From Squalus acanthias (taxonomy: Eukaryota), in the NCBI GenBank assembly GCA_030390025.1, contig CM059432.1:22384001-22448000 (forward strand): a stretch of 64,000 nt of DNA, given 5' to 3'. Below the pieces are notes generated by a model. That model saw only the letters and a program-made list of their open reading frames with translations, had not been told where the DNA came from and searched no databases. Of the stretch, positions 61,103-64,000 are shown piece by piece (within the stretch, counting starts at the first letter, position 1; every line of letters begins with the position of its first letter). The position numbers and the translations under genes are program-made.

Positions 61103-62979
61103 CTACTTTTTGCCCTTCGAGGGTGATCTCCTTCCCTTGCGCACTTCCCCCCTTCTAACCCTACTGCTCCTCCGTAATGGGACCTCAGTGGCTGCAGCAA
61201 GGCTGGTGGAAGGCTGCTGCTCGTCAGACCCTGACACTGCAGATGCCCCTGAAGGACGGCCTCGACCAGTTCTGGGCCTGGAGGGCCCAGCTGCAGACTA
61301 CACCAACTCTGCATGGGCGGCAGCAGTCTGTCCTACAGGCGGTGGCAAGTGCAGTGGAGAAGTGACAGTGTTGGCAGCAGGAATGCTGTCATCGTGAGAG
61401 AGGACAGCAACTCCCTGCTCGCCCGACACACTGGCACTCCCACGGGGCAGCACTTCAGCATCCGGAGCAATCTGCCGGAGAACAGATTGCTGGCCTGCTG
61501 CGGCGCGGTGACAGCCCCGGGGACATGTGCACGAACCATCGAGGTTGGCAGCAGTCTGTGCTCGCGTGGCCTCAATCTGAGTCTGTATGAGAGCAGTCAG
61601 AGATGGGATCACAGCAGCCAGTGACTGAATTGCAGCACTAAGCGTTAGTGTGGCATCCGCCTGTGCTACAGCGAAGTGCTCCACACTCCTTGCCAGTGAC
61701 TCAATGCATTCGGGCACCCTTCCCACTGCACCCATGAGCTCAGTGTGCATGCCCACCGCCTGGGTGTTCATTTCTGCGATCAGCCGCTCCTCCTCTGCGT
61801 CCATTGCAGTAGGAGTGTCTGGCATACTCTCCCTCTGGAGAGAAGGCCCCCGTTCTTCCCTACCCCCCCCATGGCGTTGCTGCAGCCCGCTGGGTCCTGG
61901 AGCTTCACCCTCATCAGATCCTTCCCCCCTGCTCCCCTCCAGGGAAGGCGTGTTCCCAGTGTGGGCATGGGCTTCCTCGGGAGAGGGTGGCACTGATGCT
62001 CCGGCTTCCTCTTCCTCCTCAGCTGCAGCATCACTCCCAGTGGCAGCTTCAGGGCCCGTCTCCTCAGCTGGTGAATCACCATCTGAAAGCAGGGAGGTAC
62101 AAGAGTGGCTTTAGCGTGAGGACAGGGTGGCAGTAAGGGAGGAATAAGTGCAGCGAGTTAGCAAGTTGGATTGAAAGTGTCAAAGGCTGGTGTTGTGAGG
62201 GACAAGTGGAAGGACAGAGGACAAAAAGGTGATGACCTTACCATTGCTGTCCAGAACGGGGTCGGCGTCTCCAGTGGCGACGGGACCGATCACCCGGCTT
62301 GCCACAATCCTGTGGACGCGCTCCTCAAGATCGCTGAGGGGTTGCAGCTGAGGCCGCCCTCCACCTGTCCGTTGCTGCTGTCTCCGATTATGCGCCAGCT
62401 TGGCCTGCAAGAAAAAGGACAGCATCTGAGTAAATATACAGCCATGGTCTTGCCTGATGTGCCTCCCATAGGTGAATAGCCCTTACTGAATGCAGCCATG
62501 GTCTTGCCTGATGTGCCTCCCATAGGTGAATAGCCCTTACTGTATACAGCCATGGTGTTGCCTGATGTGCCTCCCATAGGTGAATAGCCCTTACTGTATG
62601 CAAAGTGTGGAATGTGTGTGTGTGTTTGATGAAAGGGCCATAGGTGTTGGATGAGTGTTGTGCATTGGGGTTTTAACACCCTCTGGCCATAGAGTGAGGT
62701 TGAGATGGAGGGATGGAGAGGTATTGAGAAAAAGCCACTCACCCTGACGACCCGAGTGAGGTCGTTGAACTTTTTGCGGCATTGAGTATGGGTCCTGGGC
62801 ACCATGCTCCTGGAGGAGACGCTCTGAGCCACCTCCCTCCACACTCTTCTGAACTCGCGTGGCAAAGGCCTCCTGCCACTCTCAGGGAAGAGCATACATC
62901 TTCTGCGCTCCACCGCGCCAACCAGAGCATCCAAGGCCTGCTCGGTGAAGCGATGAGCGCGTTCTCTCACCCTCTCCAT
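61103..62979 (-). pseudogene. Harbinger Myb/SANT-like protein, 3 exons, one late premature stop
   Basis: Exons 62979-62743 (MERVRERAHRFTEQAL...WREVAQSV...QCRKKFNDL), 62404-62242, 62082-61103; canonical GT/AG, phases 0 and 1 join in frame; TAG at 61300-61298 precedes a basic tail ending SKGKK*. Confidence 0.9.
62437..62598. repeat. Tandem repeat, 3 x 54 bp, in Myb intron 1
   Basis: GCCATGGTCTTGCCTGATGTGCCTCCCATAGGTGAATAGCCCTTACTG recurs at 62441, 62495, 62549. Confidence 0.95.
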
Positions 62980-63652
62980 GCTTGGCAGCAAAATGGATTC
63001 ACAGGTCTCTCCAGGCCGAGATTCAAGGCTGCAATGAGCAGGGTGTGGCTGGGGAGCAAGTTGGCCCCCCCCGCTTTAAGAAGTGGCCGGCGCCAGTGTG
63101 TCTGTGTTCCCTCGCTAACTGGCAGCAGCTGCGCTGAGTTAGCGCCTCACTCCTTGGCCTTTGCGCCTTAAGACAGGTGTGCAGCGCCTGATTTAGCGCT
63201 CCACTCACCTCCCGGGGCGGTAAAAGTGAAGTTTCCAGTCAGTGCCGATAATTAGCGCCAGGCGCTAATATTTGCGTCCAGACGATATTTGCGCCCCAAA
63301 TGGGGCGCGACCTAATTTTTACCCCAATATTCCCACCATATTGTTTTGCACTCGATCCTGATTATTTGAAAGACCAGCGAAAGCTAATATCAGCAAATTA
63401 CATAGGATTATATAAGATATACGGCACAGAAACAGGCCATTCGGTTCAACCAGTCCATGCCGGCGTTTATGCTCCACACGACCCTCCTCCCGTCTTTCCT
63501 CATCTAAATCTATCAGCATAATCCTCTATTCCCTTTTCCCTCATATGCTTGTCTAGCCTAATCTCAACACGCTGTGGAGTTAAAACCTGGACCTTCCTGA
63601 CCAGAACTCCTCCCCCCGGCTTGGAAGTCCCACCACAGTAAAGATTGGGGCC

Positions 63653-64000
63653 CCATTCTGGGATGAGCTAAAATTTCCTTCAGTTAAATATTGGGAAACC
63701 AAAAGCCATGGTCTTTGCCCTTCACCACAAACTCTGTACCTTGGCCACTGGTTCCATTTTTCACCCCAGCCACTGTCTCATCTTGATCCAGACTGTTCAC
63801 AACCTCGGCGTCCTATTCGACCCCGAGCTGAGCTTCCAAGCCTACATCCTCTCCAACACAAAGGCTGCCTCCTTCCAACTCCGTAACATTGCCTACTTCC
63901 ACCCCTGCATCAATCCTTTTACTACTGATACCCTCATCCATGCCTTTGTCACCTCCAGGCTCAACTAGTCCAAAGCTCTCCTAGCAAACCTGCAATCTTT
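63653..64000 (+). mobile_element. L2-like LINE fragment
   Basis: NFLQLNIGK, VHNLGVLFDPELSF, LIHAFVTSRL; continues from ~57030-57071. Confidence 0.85.

Larger units (their letters stand above)
59146..63325. mobile_element. Near-intact autonomous-type PIF/Harbinger transposon (4180 bp)
   Basis: Perfect 12-bp TIRs GGGGTAAAAATT / AATTTTTACCCC; AAT TSD (59143-59145, 63326-63328); convergent transposase and Myb genes; GCGCC subterminal arrays. Confidence 0.97.
58047..63569 (+). mobile_element. Solo LTR related to 30862-31993, interrupted by Harbinger (59146-63325) and a CR1-type tail (~63400-63558)
   Basis: Starts TGTTAGAAATTAGG; 59035-59145 plus 63329-63398 align with reverse complement of 30870-31055; ends ~CTCAACA; CGC on both flanks. 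Confidence 0.8.
57072..63652. mobile_element. Harbinger-type MITE (CCCGCC class) hosting hAT MITE, LTR and full Harbinger
   Basis: GGGGGAGATTTT / AAAGATTGGGGCC; CCA TSD (57069-57071, 63653-63655); L2 sequence (TGCTTGTCTGACATCCA|TTCTGGGATGAGC) contiguous across site. Confidence 0.8.

Noticed and set aside
62437..62598. CRISPR-like array
   Set aside because: Contiguous 54-bp units with no unique spacers, in a eukaryotic intron.
59658..62979. Domesticated host HARBI1 or NAIF1/MSANTD genes
   Set aside because: Enclosed by TIRs and a TSD, nested inside other TEs, and carrying nonsense codons; these are transposon genes.

Overview
Eukaryotic, transposon-saturated DNA, most likely from a cartilaginous fish (inferred from HE1-like and SacSINE1/DeuSINE-like SINEs plus shark-type CR1, L2, RTE and Penelope families). 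I found no intact host protein-coding gene, true tRNA/rRNA gene or CRISPR array. The dominant system is a PIF/Harbinger DNA-transposon radiation. It includes one almost intact two-gene element (59146-63325: DDE transposase plus 3-exon Myb/SANT protein, one nonsense codon each), one decayed two-gene element (4608-8607), a Myb-only derivative (51760-54969) and roughly 15 non-autonomous elements/MITEs, many with 3-bp TSDs. These are nested with CR1, RTE, L2, Tx1 and Penelope retroelements and four solo LTRs. Notable points: (i) a Penelope minimal hammerhead ribozyme is split by a Harbinger MITE, and a second, different MITE sits at the same nucleotide of another Penelope copy; (ii) two Myb types appear to pair with two subterminal motif classes; (iii) eight perfect CRE palindromes all lie inside Harbinger ends; (iv) scattered, disabled exon-like segments on the minus strand suggest a decayed multi-exon host gene. 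All calls are by eye without database searches. Boundaries lacking a TSD are approximate.
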